The translations under genes and the position numbers were made by a program. The notes beneath the pieces are model-generated. The model searched no databases and had not been told where the DNA came from. It worked only from the letters and a program-made list of their open reading frames with translations. 41,568 nucleotides of DNA from Candidatus Helarchaeota archaeon. Lineage in GTDB: Archaea; Asgardarchaeota; Lokiarchaeia; Helarchaeales; RDOG01. The first letter of the stretch is position 1. Each line of letters opens with the position of its first letter. Where the stretch lies: NCBI GenBank assembly GCA_019058315.1, contig JAHPZH010000003.1, positions 1 to 41,568 on the forward strand. Reading direction: 5' to 3'. This document shows, one piece after another, positions 8,942-18,902 of this stretch.

Positions 8942-9352
8942 TATTAATCACTTTTTTTATACTTTTTAAAAAAATTTTTGAATTATTTTTTAATATTTTC
9001 TAGTAATTTTTTATATATATATATTTTATATTAGACCAAATATAAGAAAATTCTTATTTTATGAAATTTTTTTTACTTTTTAAGAATTTAAAGTTGAAAA
9101 TGATAAGATTTCAAGATATTATAGCCAATTAATTAAGTAATCATGAGTTTTTTTGATTTAAAAATTTAGCTTCAATAAAAGAATCGATAAAATCCATTGA
9201 TTCTCTAATTCTTTATTAAAATCATAATAATTAAAAAATTAAAATTTTTTTAAAATTTTCTAAATTGTTTTAAAGAGATTTCTAAGGCTTTCCGCGTATT
9301 TTTGAGAGTTCGGGGATCGGTCAGCTTTATATATAACCGCTAGTTATAATTA

Positions 9353-9385
9353 TATAAAAAAATATAAAAAAATATAAAAAAATAA
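9353..9385. repeat. Short tandem repeat, about 3 copies of a 10-nt unit (TATAAAAAAA), directly before the start codon
   Basis: tataaaaaaa tataaaaaaa tataaaaaaa taa then ATG 9386. Confidence 0.7.
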
Positions 9386-10078
9386 ATGGTAAATAAGATG
9401 AAAAAGAATAAATCTTTCCAAAAAACTATCGATCAATATCAAATTGCAATCTGGACAACATGGATTCGAGATTTAATGACATCTGAAGATTGTGAGCTTA
9501 AACTTTGGAAGAAAGCACATGGTTTTAAAGAAGAAATCAAGTCTCAGTGGCCTGTTATATTCAAATTAAGGCATGATTCATTGGTTAGAAAGACTAAAAA
9601 GGTATTTCTAAGAAAAAACCCAGGATATAGCCCTAAATCTCTGAGAATCAGAGTAGATTTGGCTCCCATCTTAAAGGCGAATGGCTATTGTACTTATTAT
9701 GATAAAATATTGATAACTGGAGTTACTGATTGTACTTTTCTTAATGATGGAAAACTACTTAATATTGTAAATGCCGAAATTAAGACAAGTTCTTTCGCGA
9801 CAAACAAACAGGAGTGCCAAGCCATAATCTATGATTATTTACTTGGGTATCTATATCCTAACTCGAAGAGAAAATCGATATTGGTATCTATTGATAATAG
9901 CGGAGAATTTCTGATACAAGAGAAAATTTTCAATTTAACTAAATATGAAGATCTGATTCTAGATGCTATCGCTTATCTTTCGTCTCCGAAACCTCCGAAA
10001 CCACTTGAAATCGAGCTTTATAAAAAGCCAATGTGTAATTGGTGCGGGTTTATTAACTGTAAGTTACGAGGAGTTTAA
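9386..10078 (+). CDS. Second, divergent Cas4-like PD-(D/E)XK nuclease
   Basis: Early Cys (CELKL), RH, GVTD, EIKT, QAIIY, C-terminal CNWCGFINC. Confidence 0.75.
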   Translation: MVNKMKKNKSFQKTIDQYQIAIWTTWIRDLMTSEDCELKLWKKAHGFKEEIKSQWPVIFKLRHDSLVRKTKKVFLRKNPGYSPKSLRIRVDLAPILKANGYCTYYDKILITGVTDCTFLNDGKLLNIVNAEIKTSSFATNKQECQAIIYDYLLGYLYPNSKRKSILVSIDNSGEFLIQEKIFNLTKYEDLILDAIAYLSSPKPPKPLEIELYKKPMCNWCGFINCKLRGV

Positions 10079-10121
10079 TTTAGGATATTCAAACGCATAG
10101 AATATCCACTAAATTTTTTTT
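10077..10121 (+). terminator. Stem-loop followed by a T tract after the Cas4-like gene
   Basis: AATTTAGGATATTC / GAATATCC(AC)TAAATT, then a T run. Confidence 0.5.
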
Positions 10122-10133
10122 ATTAAGAAAAAT

Positions 10134-10388
10134 GTGGAAAGAATCTTGAATTTAGATCAACTTTATAAAATTGTTAAGAATGCGATAATAAGAGAGATAG
10201 AGGGAATTAAGACTCTTAACTTAGTTTATGAATTTAGCGAAAAATCTGCCTTATTAGATTTTTACTATAAAAATTATCTTAAAGAGAGTTTTGATATAAT
10301 AAATTCTCTTATTAAGGGGTTTAACGTGCTGATGCGGAATGAGAGACTAACAAGGGATAAAGATTATCACCTTTCAATTTATTCATAG
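10134..10388 (+). CDS. Short hypothetical protein, possibly the 5' part of a decayed gene
   Basis: 84-aa ORF; another frame stays open to about 10513 (PFNLFIDRDSPRGIVNING...). Confidence 0.4.
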   Translation: MERILNLDQLYKIVKNAIIREIEGIKTLNLVYEFSEKSALLDFYYKNYLKESFDIINSLIKGFNVLMRNERLTRDKDYHLSIYS

Positions 10389-10774
10389 ATAGAGATTCCC
10401 CAAGAGGTATAGTAAATATTAATGGTATCCTCAAACTGCGGGTGCAATTACGAGTTAAATTGGATAAATTGATAATAGATTTTTGTGAATATTATTCGTT
10501 TCATTCAAATTAATTAAGAATCAAGGTTAGTAATCTATTATATAAGCGGAAGTCATAATTAGATGGAGTATTTAAATTGGCTAGTGAATTAAAAAATGAA
10601 TTTTGAAAAAAAATTTTTTTTCAAAGAAAAAAGTCGGGTTAGAAGTTAAAATTAAGTTTGATTACAATAAAAATCCGTTAGAATTATAAATAATGAGTTT
10701 TTGAAGATCAATAACTCATTCTATTTATTGGTAATCTGCAGCTACCGACAAAAAAGAATGAATAACTTGTATCA

Positions 10775-11959
10775 GTGACATCCTTTAACTCAAAAATAAA
10801 GGTGATTAATTTGAATAGTTCAAGTATAAAAGATGAATTACAGAATAATAATTTAGATTTTGAGCACCATCCAATTGTACCAGCATTATTTGATTATCGA
10901 AATTACAAAAATTATATTAATAAATTGTTTAATAAAAATTTAAAAGGATTTTTGAATTATGAAGGCTTCGATGTAAAGCGCCCTGGAGATATTTTTTGGA
11001 GAATTGTCGAAAAAAAACCAGTTAATAAGGATATATATTATCAATTAGCTCGATTTTTTACATTTAAAATAAATTCGCATATTGCGGTTAAAGAAGGAAA
11101 ATTAGATGAGGCATATGCAAAATTAGAATTAGAATGGTTCGATTATTTAAACGAAAATTTCTTTTTCCCTTATTGTCTTAATTTTGATGATAATTTCTAT
11201 AATGATCTAATGAATTATTGCCTCTCAGATGCTAGAAATTACTCTTTAGTCTTAGAAAATGATGTAGATGCTCTAGCAAAGTTAAATGATCTTGCCAAAA
11301 CTGGAAATATCGTAAAATTCTTTCCAAAATTTAAAGAACAGTTTACCAATCAATATATTATGTTTGAGCGTATTAGTTTAAAACTTGGGACAAAAATTAG
11401 CGAAATTCTTTATCGTGATTATTATTTTCGACAAAATACATCCAAAAAACCTTTAAAGAAACCACCTAGAGCTCCGAAAAATATTGAAGATGTTTATCAT
11501 TTATATCCAAATCCTAGCTCAAGAACTCCAAAGACAAAAGACTGGAATCTTTTCACCCTTTTAAAAAATTTGAAACACATCAAAAATTCTATTGGCTCTC
11601 ACAAGGAATTTCAATATCACCCCTTACTTAATCCTAGTGAGGTAATCATTGAAGACTTTGATCCTCGTAAAAATCAAATAACTTTTAGAGAAAATTTCAA
11701 TATTCCGAAACTACAGACATATATGCAAAGTCTTCTTTTTTTATATAAAGGTTTTAAGCATATTAGCATGTTTTATTCGATTATAACTCCATTACTTAAA
11801 CAGTACGCTCCTAAAAAACCACTTCTTATTCAATGTCCTTGTTGTTATTTCCTATTTAATTCCTCTGTTAAACCAACTCTTAAATTTTTTACTGTTATAT
11901 GCCCAAATTGTTTTTGTATTTTTCAATTTTACCGTCCTATATTGATGATATTTAAGTAA
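10775..11959 (+). CDS. Hypothetical protein with a possible divergent HEPN segment and C-terminal zinc ribbon
   Basis: LKHIKNSIGSH resembles RNx4H with R to K; C-terminal CPCC...CPNC. Confidence 0.6.
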   Translation: MTSFNSKIKVINLNSSSIKDELQNNNLDFEHHPIVPALFDYRNYKNYINKLFNKNLKGFLNYEGFDVKRPGDIFWRIVEKKPVNKDIYYQLARFFTFKINSHIAVKEGKLDEAYAKLELEWFDYLNENFFFPYCLNFDDNFYNDLMNYCLSDARNYSLVLENDVDALAKLNDLAKTGNIVKFFPKFKEQFTNQYIMFERISLKLGTKISEILYRDYYFRQNTSKKPLKKPPRAPKNIEDVYHLYPNPSSRTPKTKDWNLFTLLKNLKHIKNSIGSHKEFQYHPLLNPSEVIIEDFDPRKNQITFRENFNIPKLQTYMQSLLFLYKGFKHISMFYSIITPLLKQYAPKKPLLIQCPCCYFLFNSSVKPTLKFFTVICPNCFCIFQFYRPILMIFK

Positions 11960-12000
11960 TTCTGAAGAATAATAATGGAAAGCTTGAGAAGGTTAAAAAA

Positions 12001-12510
12001 ATGCTTATACTTGAATGCATGTCAAATGAAGAAACACGAAATGAGGGTCGTGTCGTATACAATTATTTAAATATGTTTCATGACCTTCCAGTTGAACCAA
12101 GACTGAAAAGAGTTTTAACTAAAAAAAGCTTTTTACAAACTCTTGAATACTCAAATGAAAATTTTATTCACGTTTCTACACATGGAAGCAGAGAAAAGGA
12201 ATCATATTATATTGATTTACCCAATGGTGAAGTATATCCTGAAGATTTTGAAGATTTTGATTTTAGTAATGTTCAAATTATTTTTACAGGTTGTCTTTTA
12301 GGAAGAGGTGATTTTGCTGGAAGAGTTTCCTATATCACAAAAGCAAAATATTTAATTGCTCCATTTAATAATATATCATTTGTTAATTCTGCGACATTTT
12401 GTATACTTTTCTATTATCACTTGTTTACTCGAAATTCTCTGTCTTTTTCAAGAAGTTACACATGGGTTGCTAAAAGGTTACCTGTTAAAGGAGCATTGCG
12501 TTTATATTAA
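12001..12510 (+). CDS. Stand-alone CHAT/caspase-like protease domain
   Basis: FIHVSTHG and IIFTGC match the His-Gly and Cys dyad motifs of the caspase/CHAT fold. Confidence 0.75.
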   Translation: MLILECMSNEETRNEGRVVYNYLNMFHDLPVEPRLKRVLTKKSFLQTLEYSNENFIHVSTHGSREKESYYIDLPNGEVYPEDFEDFDFSNVQIIFTGCLLGRGDFAGRVSYITKAKYLIAPFNNISFVNSATFCILFYYHLFTRNSLSFSRSYTWVAKRLPVKGALRLY

Positions 12511-12536
12511 GGAACTTTAAAATAAATCATCTTGTC

Positions 12537-12582
12537 AAATGAAAAATATGAAGGACGAGAATATTGATTTTTGGAAAAATCA
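12537..12582 (+). repeat. Direct repeat copy 1: orphan duplicate of the RNase III gene 5' end
   Basis: 43/46 nt identical to 19653-19698; encodes MKNMKDENIDFWKN vs MENIKDENIDFWKN. Confidence 0.9.
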
Positions 12583-12588
12583 ATCGTT

Positions 12589-14373
12589 TTAGATTTTATT
12601 CTTAATTTTTTCTAAAATTTCAGTAATCTCTGAAGGGGTTTTATTGAGGTTCTTCATTTTAAAAGCTATTAGATTTGCCAATTCTCCTTTTCTAACCCCA
12701 AAATGTTGAGCTAATTTTCCAAGTATTAACTTTCCACTTAATTCCTTTAATGATTTTTCTTTATCTTTTTGAATTTCTTTCAGCTGAATTATTGTTTCAT
12801 TATAAATTTTCTTTAATCTATCAGACTTTTTTTTGCACACAATTGAGAATTTCTTTAATAGATCATCTAAATCATCCCATCCTTCTGAAAAATAAAACTT
12901 TGTCTTATCTTTTAACCTTAGTTGTATTTCATCTGTTAAAGTATTAGAGTTTTCAATAATAGTCTTAATTAATTCTTCGATATTCTCCTTACTTTTTATT
13001 TCTTTTTCTTCAATTCTTTTTTTACCTGGGATAACTTTTAATGCTTCATAAATTACTCCCGAATCTAATAATAAATAATTCTCAATGCATGTTCTGGACC
13101 AAATAAAACAATATTCTTTATTTTTTTCAGGGGGCTCTCGATCTTTATCAATAATTGCACAAATACCAAAACCATTTTTTCTGAGTTCATCAATTACTTT
13201 ATCAAAAATTTCAGTGAAAAGTAAAATCTTACCTTTTCCTTCTAAGGATATTAATGTCAAATTGTCCTCAATATCAGGATCTAATAATCTTAATATCTCA
13301 ATATCGCTATTTCCTTCTAATAATAAAAATGGTCTATTTAAAGATAAGTATGGTAGCCCTATGTCTCCCAGGAATGTTTTGATCAAATCTAAGTTCTCCT
13401 GTTCAATAACAAATTTAATAATCTGGTTTCCATCTTTTACTTGATCCGGGAAAACCATAAAATAAAGCTCATTTGCTTTTGCTTCGTTTATTATTGTTGC
13501 AGAATGAGTGGCAATGAAAATTTGTAAATTTTCTCTTCTCTCCTCAGCTAATTTGATTTCATTTCGTAAATATGATAAAAATTTTTTCTGAAGTAATGGA
13601 TGTAAATAAGCTTCAGGACTATCAATTAAAAAAACTAAATCTTGATTTGGTAATCTTTTGCCAATCGCTCTGAAATATATGTTTTCAATTTTTTTTTCAA
13701 CAAAGGGAAATAAAATTGCTATTATATCCTTTTCTCCAGAACTTAACTGGTCAAATTCTACTTTATTTCCTGATTTATTTAAAAAATATATGTTATAATA
13801 TCCTTCAACACTAAGTTCTACACCATCAAACTGAAGTCTTGGTAATAAGTTTTTGATAAAGATTCTAAATGGTTCAAATAGGTCTTTGGGAACTTTACCC
13901 TCTGGAATTTTCCCCCCATATTTATTAAATACATCTTCTAGAAGAAGAGAATGACGATTTTTTATTTCTAATAAGGTTATTTTTAATCCAGCATAAGGAG
14001 CAAAGTCTGGTAATGATTTATCTCGGAAATCCATATTTCTAAAGTAATTAGGCATTCTTACTGGAGTACCTCCAGTATCAATATAATAATCAATTCTTGC
14101 AAGAGTATCGATATATGTTCCATATGGTTTAATAGATAATAAGGATTTATGTAATGGAAAATTCATTGGTGTTCTATATGGAGAAATATAGATGATTTTT
14201 CCTGTACCCTCAACAATGACTTTCTCTTGCTGAACTATTTTTCTTAAGTTATCTAACAATGTGGATTTTCCAACGCCATTTGCACCAGCTATTATATTTA
14301 GGGAGTTAAGATTTTCTGATTTAGCAAGTTTTATCGGTCCCAAATCACTTATTTGAAACTTTTCAATAGGCAT
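12589..14373 (-). CDS. OLD-family ABC-type ATPase plus TOPRIM nuclease
   Basis: GANGVGKST, LSSGE, LIDSPEAYLHP, ATHS, TOPRIM LLEGNSD and IIDKD. Confidence 0.9.
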   Translation of the reverse strand: MPIEKFQISDLGPIKLAKSENLNSLNIIAGANGVGKSTLLDNLRKIVQQEKVIVEGTGKIIYISPYRTPMNFPLHKSLLSIKPYGTYIDTLARIDYYIDTGGTPVRMPNYFRNMDFRDKSLPDFAPYAGLKITLLEIKNRHSLLLEDVFNKYGGKIPEGKVPKDLFEPFRIFIKNLLPRLQFDGVELSVEGYYNIYFLNKSGNKVEFDQLSSGEKDIIAILFPFVEKKIENIYFRAIGKRLPNQDLVFLIDSPEAYLHPLLQKKFLSYLRNEIKLAEERRENLQIFIATHSATIINEAKANELYFMVFPDQVKDGNQIIKFVIEQENLDLIKTFLGDIGLPYLSLNRPFLLLEGNSDIEILRLLDPDIEDNLTLISLEGKGKILLFTEIFDKVIDELRKNGFGICAIIDKDREPPEKNKEYCFIWSRTCIENYLLLDSGVIYEALKVIPGKKRIEEKEIKSKENIEELIKTIIENSNTLTDEIQLRLKDKTKFYFSEGWDDLDDLLKKFSIVCKKKSDRLKKIYNETIIQLKEIQKDKEKSLKELSGKLILGKLAQHFGVRKGELANLIAFKMKNLNKTPSEITEILEKIKNKI

Positions 14374-14420
14374 TCTTGAACACCTAAACCATTTTTAAAG
14401 CTAATAAAAGTTTTTATTAT

Positions 14421-15770
14421 TCATTTAGATAAAATTGAATCGACTTTTAGGTTTAAATTTTCTATCTTTTTCTCAATATCATTTAATTTATTTTGAATTG
14501 CATAAAATTTGTAATTAGGTAAAGTAGATAAATAATAATCATAGTTCCATTCATTTTGTAATAAATCCATTATTGTTTCGACATAGAGATTATAATTTTT
14601 AATAGTCTCAACATCTGCTTCTGAGAAATCATAAATTGCCTGAAATTCGCAACTAAGACCGATATTACTGTATTTTTCCATTAAACTTTCTTGAGTTTCA
14701 AACTGTTTTAATAAATTATCATCAGTTATTGCCATTCTTGACGGATGAAAGAAATCCAAACCTTTACTATATCTAGAAAAGCGAAAAATGAATGTTAGCT
14801 CGATTATTTCATTTTTTAAAATTAACTGTGATTTATTCCCCTTATTATCAAATTTAATTTTTAATTCCGTATCTGGGGGAACATAGAAACCAAAAATACT
14901 CAATGGATAATAAATTTCTTTAATATTCCATGATAATGACTCAAGAATTGAATTCTTTGGAGGTAAAGGTATATTATCAATAGAAATTCTTAATTTTTTA
15001 ACAGATGTATCTAATGGACCATATCCTGTGGATCCCTTATCTCTTCTAATTATACTTAGCCAAGAATGGCTAAAAACCTTTGAAAATGAATTTATAAAAG
15101 CATAGGGAGTGATTTCAATAAATAAAGGAAATAAATTTTCATTTTTTTCGTAAATCATAGTTTGAACCTTTTCATTAATCTCTGCTAAAGATATATCATA
15201 GTCAAACACATATCTAGGTTGTTCATCTTGAATTAATATTTGAAAAGGATCTCGAGAAAAATTAAGAACTATTTTAAAATTATATGAAAAATTAGGATTA
15301 TCTTCATATTTGAATAACCAATATAACTGCCCATCTCTGACTAATCTTTTACCATGACTTGTACGAATATAATAGATTCTACTTTTAATCTCTGGTCCAG
15401 TTCTTGATACAATATATGCATGAGGAATATTCTTTCGCTTTGGTATATTTATAATTAAAACATCGCCTTTATCGTTCTGTAAGAATTCAGTAGAACATTC
15501 AATAACTGGACTAATTTTATCCTGACAAATATTATCGATTAATTGTTTATCTAGATCTACGTTGAAAATATCTTTCCCTTCAAAATTTCCATCATCTTTA
15601 ATGCCTAGTATTAGCTTTCCACCAAATTTATTAGCAAAAGCTACGATTTCATAAGCTAAATTCCTTTGGCCTTCTTTGGTTCTTAAAATAAGTGATTGTT
15701 TTAATTCATTTTTTAAATTTTCTTTGTCTTTTTTTTTCAAAATTTCATTTAATTCATCATTTGTAGTCAT
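14421..15770 (-). CDS. Schlafen/AlbA_2 domain protein with uncharacterised C-terminal domain
   Basis: ENLKNELK, EIVAFANKFGGKLILGIKD, YYIRTSHG. Confidence 0.85.
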   Translation of the reverse strand: MTTNDELNEILKKKDKENLKNELKQSLILRTKEGQRNLAYEIVAFANKFGGKLILGIKDDGNFEGKDIFNVDLDKQLIDNICQDKISPVIECSTEFLQNDKGDVLIINIPKRKNIPHAYIVSRTGPEIKSRIYYIRTSHGKRLVRDGQLYWLFKYEDNPNFSYNFKIVLNFSRDPFQILIQDEQPRYVFDYDISLAEINEKVQTMIYEKNENLFPLFIEITPYAFINSFSKVFSHSWLSIIRRDKGSTGYGPLDTSVKKLRISIDNIPLPPKNSILESLSWNIKEIYYPLSIFGFYVPPDTELKIKFDNKGNKSQLILKNEIIELTFIFRFSRYSKGLDFFHPSRMAITDDNLLKQFETQESLMEKYSNIGLSCEFQAIYDFSEADVETIKNYNLYVETIMDLLQNEWNYDYYLSTLPNYKFYAIQNKLNDIEKKIENLNLKVDSILSK

Positions 15771-15856
15771 ATTTCTTTGTGCTCCTATATAGTTAAATCA
15801 TATTGAAAATATCTTTAATTTAAATTGAAATAATTCATAATAGTAATCATCTAATT

Positions 15857-17230
15857 TTAGACTCTTTGTCTTAACATTTTCGAAACTTCATCATTAACTG
15901 TCTGTAATGTCATGTTATATAAATTAAATATTTCATACAAAGGATCTAGTAAATTTTTAACGATTTCTGGGAGTATATTATTAATTCTTTCAGCATTTGT
16001 GATTGTTTTTAATTTTATATTATCTTGGTGACTTCGATGATAATCAAAGAATGGTCACCTTAATGAACTTTGTATACTTTTCAATACCCTGTTATTTAAT
16101 CCTTCATACTCTACGTAAAATAATATGGAATCGTTCTCAACATTTAAATTATTAACCAAACGCTTTGCATGAAGTAAACATTCACCAATTCTCCATATTT
16201 GTAGAATTGGATCTAAAATTGTTCCCGATTCAAATTGATCAGTACTATCTTCTTGGTATCCTCTTACTAAATACATAAATCCGTTTGGAGATGCTCTCCA
16301 ATAGTCTGACTCTGCTGGAATCCCATTAAAAATTGGACCAAACCAACATTCAATAACTCCTTCTACTGTATAAGGTTGTGCGTTAGGAAAATTTGACCAC
16401 ATCCAAGGAGGCCAACCTGTAATATTTGATTCGGTATGAATTAAAACATTTCTAAAATCTCTTAGATTTAATATTTCAAATTCTCCTTTTACTTGATATG
16501 CAACAACATATTTTCCTCTATTGTAAGGTGAAGAAAATGGTAAATCACTTAATAATGATTCTACTTTTTCATTTGATTGAGTATTCCAATTTTCAAGTTC
16601 ATTCCATTCATAATCTTCGGATGGAGTAGTTGATGAAAGATTTGTAACGTTTAACAATATTTCTCTTATATTATTGATTAGTATTTCTCTATTTGCTTGA
16701 ATACAACGATTTATTAATTCATTCCACTCATGTGCTGTTTGTGGAGGTTCGCTTCTAGGACCAGGGCGTCTTGTATAATATTTATTGGCTTGAATATATT
16801 GCTCATTTGGACCACTTCTTTTCGAACGGATTGGTACTCTATGACCTCCTGGTATTCTGATTATTGGAAATTTTATACCTTCTATTGGATGTTCTATATG
16901 ATAAATTTCACATTGAAATGTGGGATCTGCATATCGTTCTATGATACCTTGAATTCTATCAAAAGTACATTCATTTAAATATCTATTATGCTCTTGAGAT
17001 TCAGGAATTGATGGAATCAAGTCATTACCCTCTTGTTCAAAACCTAGAAGAATATAACCACCACCATAATTTGCTAAAGCTAACATTGATTTAGCTAAAA
17101 CAGCTTGGTGTTCAGTTGTTGTTAATTCGAGCCAATTTTTAACTTCTATATCAAGTTTTTCAATTGGATAACGAAGCAGTTCTTTTAAACGTCTTGTAAG
17201 GTCACTAATGATTGAATTATTAATTGTCAT
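15857..17230 (-). pseudogene. Schlafen/AlbA_2 domain protein interrupted by one in-frame TGA (16055-16057); nonsense allele or readthrough
   Basis: EKLDIEVK, LALANYGGGYILLG; after the TGA the frame continues for 65 codons (PFFDYHRSHQD...ILPEIVKNLLDPLYEIFN...RQRV) to TAA at 15857. Confidence 0.75.
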
Positions 17231-17626
17231 TTATTTAACCGTTATATTTTATACATAATAAAATTGAAACTAAAAGTTGAATGAAACTAAAGAATTTTGA
17301 ACTATGATTCCCAAATTTCAAAGTTCCATCGAGATTTCAATTATTGAGAGTAAAAAAATTGTAAATTTTTCGACTTTATTAACACAATCCTCATTTATAT
17401 ACTTTTGGAAAATTTAACTATATTTTTGTCGGTTAATGATATAAATTGCTTTTTTCTCTTTCCCATCTAAATAATTTGATATAGAGCGACATAAAAAAAT
17501 CATATATGAAAAGAATTGTAGTGAATTGTTGTTTTTTATGAATGTTTAAATTTAAATGGGGGAGTAAAATTTATCCTGACTTAATATTTAAAGAACTAAA
17601 AAATATTTATTTAAAATCATTGAATA

Positions 17627-18697
17627 TTGATTCTGTTGAGGAGATATACTTTGAAAAAAATTTTTAAAATTGAACAGATTCAAAAATTTAAAGAATGGAA
17701 AAGATTTCTTAAGACAAAAAAAGCTCTAAGGTGGGATAAAGAAGAAAAAGAAGCCGAAGTGAAAATTAATAACATTTTAAAAACTAAAAACTTTCAAAAT
17801 GGTGGTCCTCTATCAGAATCCGACCTAGATGAAATTTTTAGACTAATGAAAGCATTTAGTACTAATCCGATCTTAGGAAAAAATCTGTATGAATTAAATA
17901 CATTAAAGAAATTTTCAGATAAGTTGAGAGATTTATATTATGGTAATAGAGAGCTTCCAGACAGAGTTCAAGACTTTTTGAGTCTTAAAAATGTCAAAGT
18001 ATTCACATTATCTCATTTTTTATATGCCTTTGATTCAAAGCAGTATCCATTATTATCTCGATTCTCAAGACCATATTTTGGCTTAAATAAAGACCAAGAA
18101 GATTTGGCTTTAGATCTGGCATTAGATCGTTTTAAAATAAAGCCCATTTTTAAATATACATATCATACGAGAAAATACCTTAAAGATGTTATTATCTATG
18201 AAGAATTAAAAGAGTTATTAAATTTAGATAATTACCGTCAACTTAACGATCTATTTTGGCTTGCATATGAAAAAAAGGAGGAAATCCCTAAAATTTTAAA
18301 AATGGGATTTGAGATAGAAAAACATCTTGAAGATTTTATTGAACATAATTGGTCAAATATCGATTGGGGTTCTAATCTTGAATTATATACGATAGGAGAC
18401 CAAACTGGACGACAATTCAAGGCAGGTAAATGGAAAATAGATTTTTTAGCAATAGATGTAGATACAAATGATCTTGTTGTTATAGAATTGAAAAGAGATA
18501 AACCAAGTAGTAAAGTTTTGGAACAAGTATTGAAATATATAGCTTGGGTTAAAAAATATATTGCTACTGGATCTCAAAAAGTCAGAGGTATTATTATTGC
18601 TAATAGAGGTGATAGAGACTTAAAGTTAGCTTTAACAACTTTGGATCACGTAGAAATAAGATTATTCGAAATAAATTTTAGTCTACAACCCTATTAA
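17627..18697 (+). CDS. Endonuclease with C-terminal NucS/DUF91-like PD-(D/E)XK domain
   Basis: EKHLEDFI, GRQF, IDFLAID, VVIELKR, QVLKYI, VRGIII; helical N-terminal domain; start uncertain. Confidence 0.8.
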   Translation: MILLRRYTLKKIFKIEQIQKFKEWKRFLKTKKALRWDKEEKEAEVKINNILKTKNFQNGGPLSESDLDEIFRLMKAFSTNPILGKNLYELNTLKKFSDKLRDLYYGNRELPDRVQDFLSLKNVKVFTLSHFLYAFDSKQYPLLSRFSRPYFGLNKDQEDLALDLALDRFKIKPIFKYTYHTRKYLKDVIIYEELKELLNLDNYRQLNDLFWLAYEKKEEIPKILKMGFEIEKHLEDFIEHNWSNIDWGSNLELYTIGDQTGRQFKAGKWKIDFLAIDVDTNDLVVIELKRDKPSSKVLEQVLKYIAWVKKYIATGSQKVRGIIIANRGDRDLKLALTTLDHVEIRLFEINFSLQPY

Positions 18698-18902
18698 ACC
18701 AAATTGCAATATGATATGAAATATTTCACTCAGCTAGATAGATGATTATTATTTATTTTGGAGTTTTGTCTCCAGATATGCAAAAGAAGATTGACTGGAG
18801 AAGAATAAAATAAAAGACCACAAACATAATATCAAAAAGGATAGGCGTTGGCGGGAATTATATGATGAGAGAGAAGGATTAGAGGGAACCAAAGTTATTA
18901 GG

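Noticed and set aside
6973-10078. CRISPR-Cas locus or casposon suggested by Cas4-like genes
   Set aside because: No repeat-spacer array, cas1, cas2 or polB seen in the window.
12589-14373. Gabija or retron system call for the OLD nuclease
   Set aside because: No UvrD-like helicase or reverse transcriptase nearby.
15771-15856. Possible SECIS downstream of the TGA-interrupted Schlafen gene (ATGA...AA...GA words present)
   Set aside because: No convincing stem by eye, and the TGA is not in a redox-type motif.
17231-17626. Long intergenic region checked for small genes or RNA
   Set aside because: Only short featureless ORFs; consistent with a divergent promoter region.
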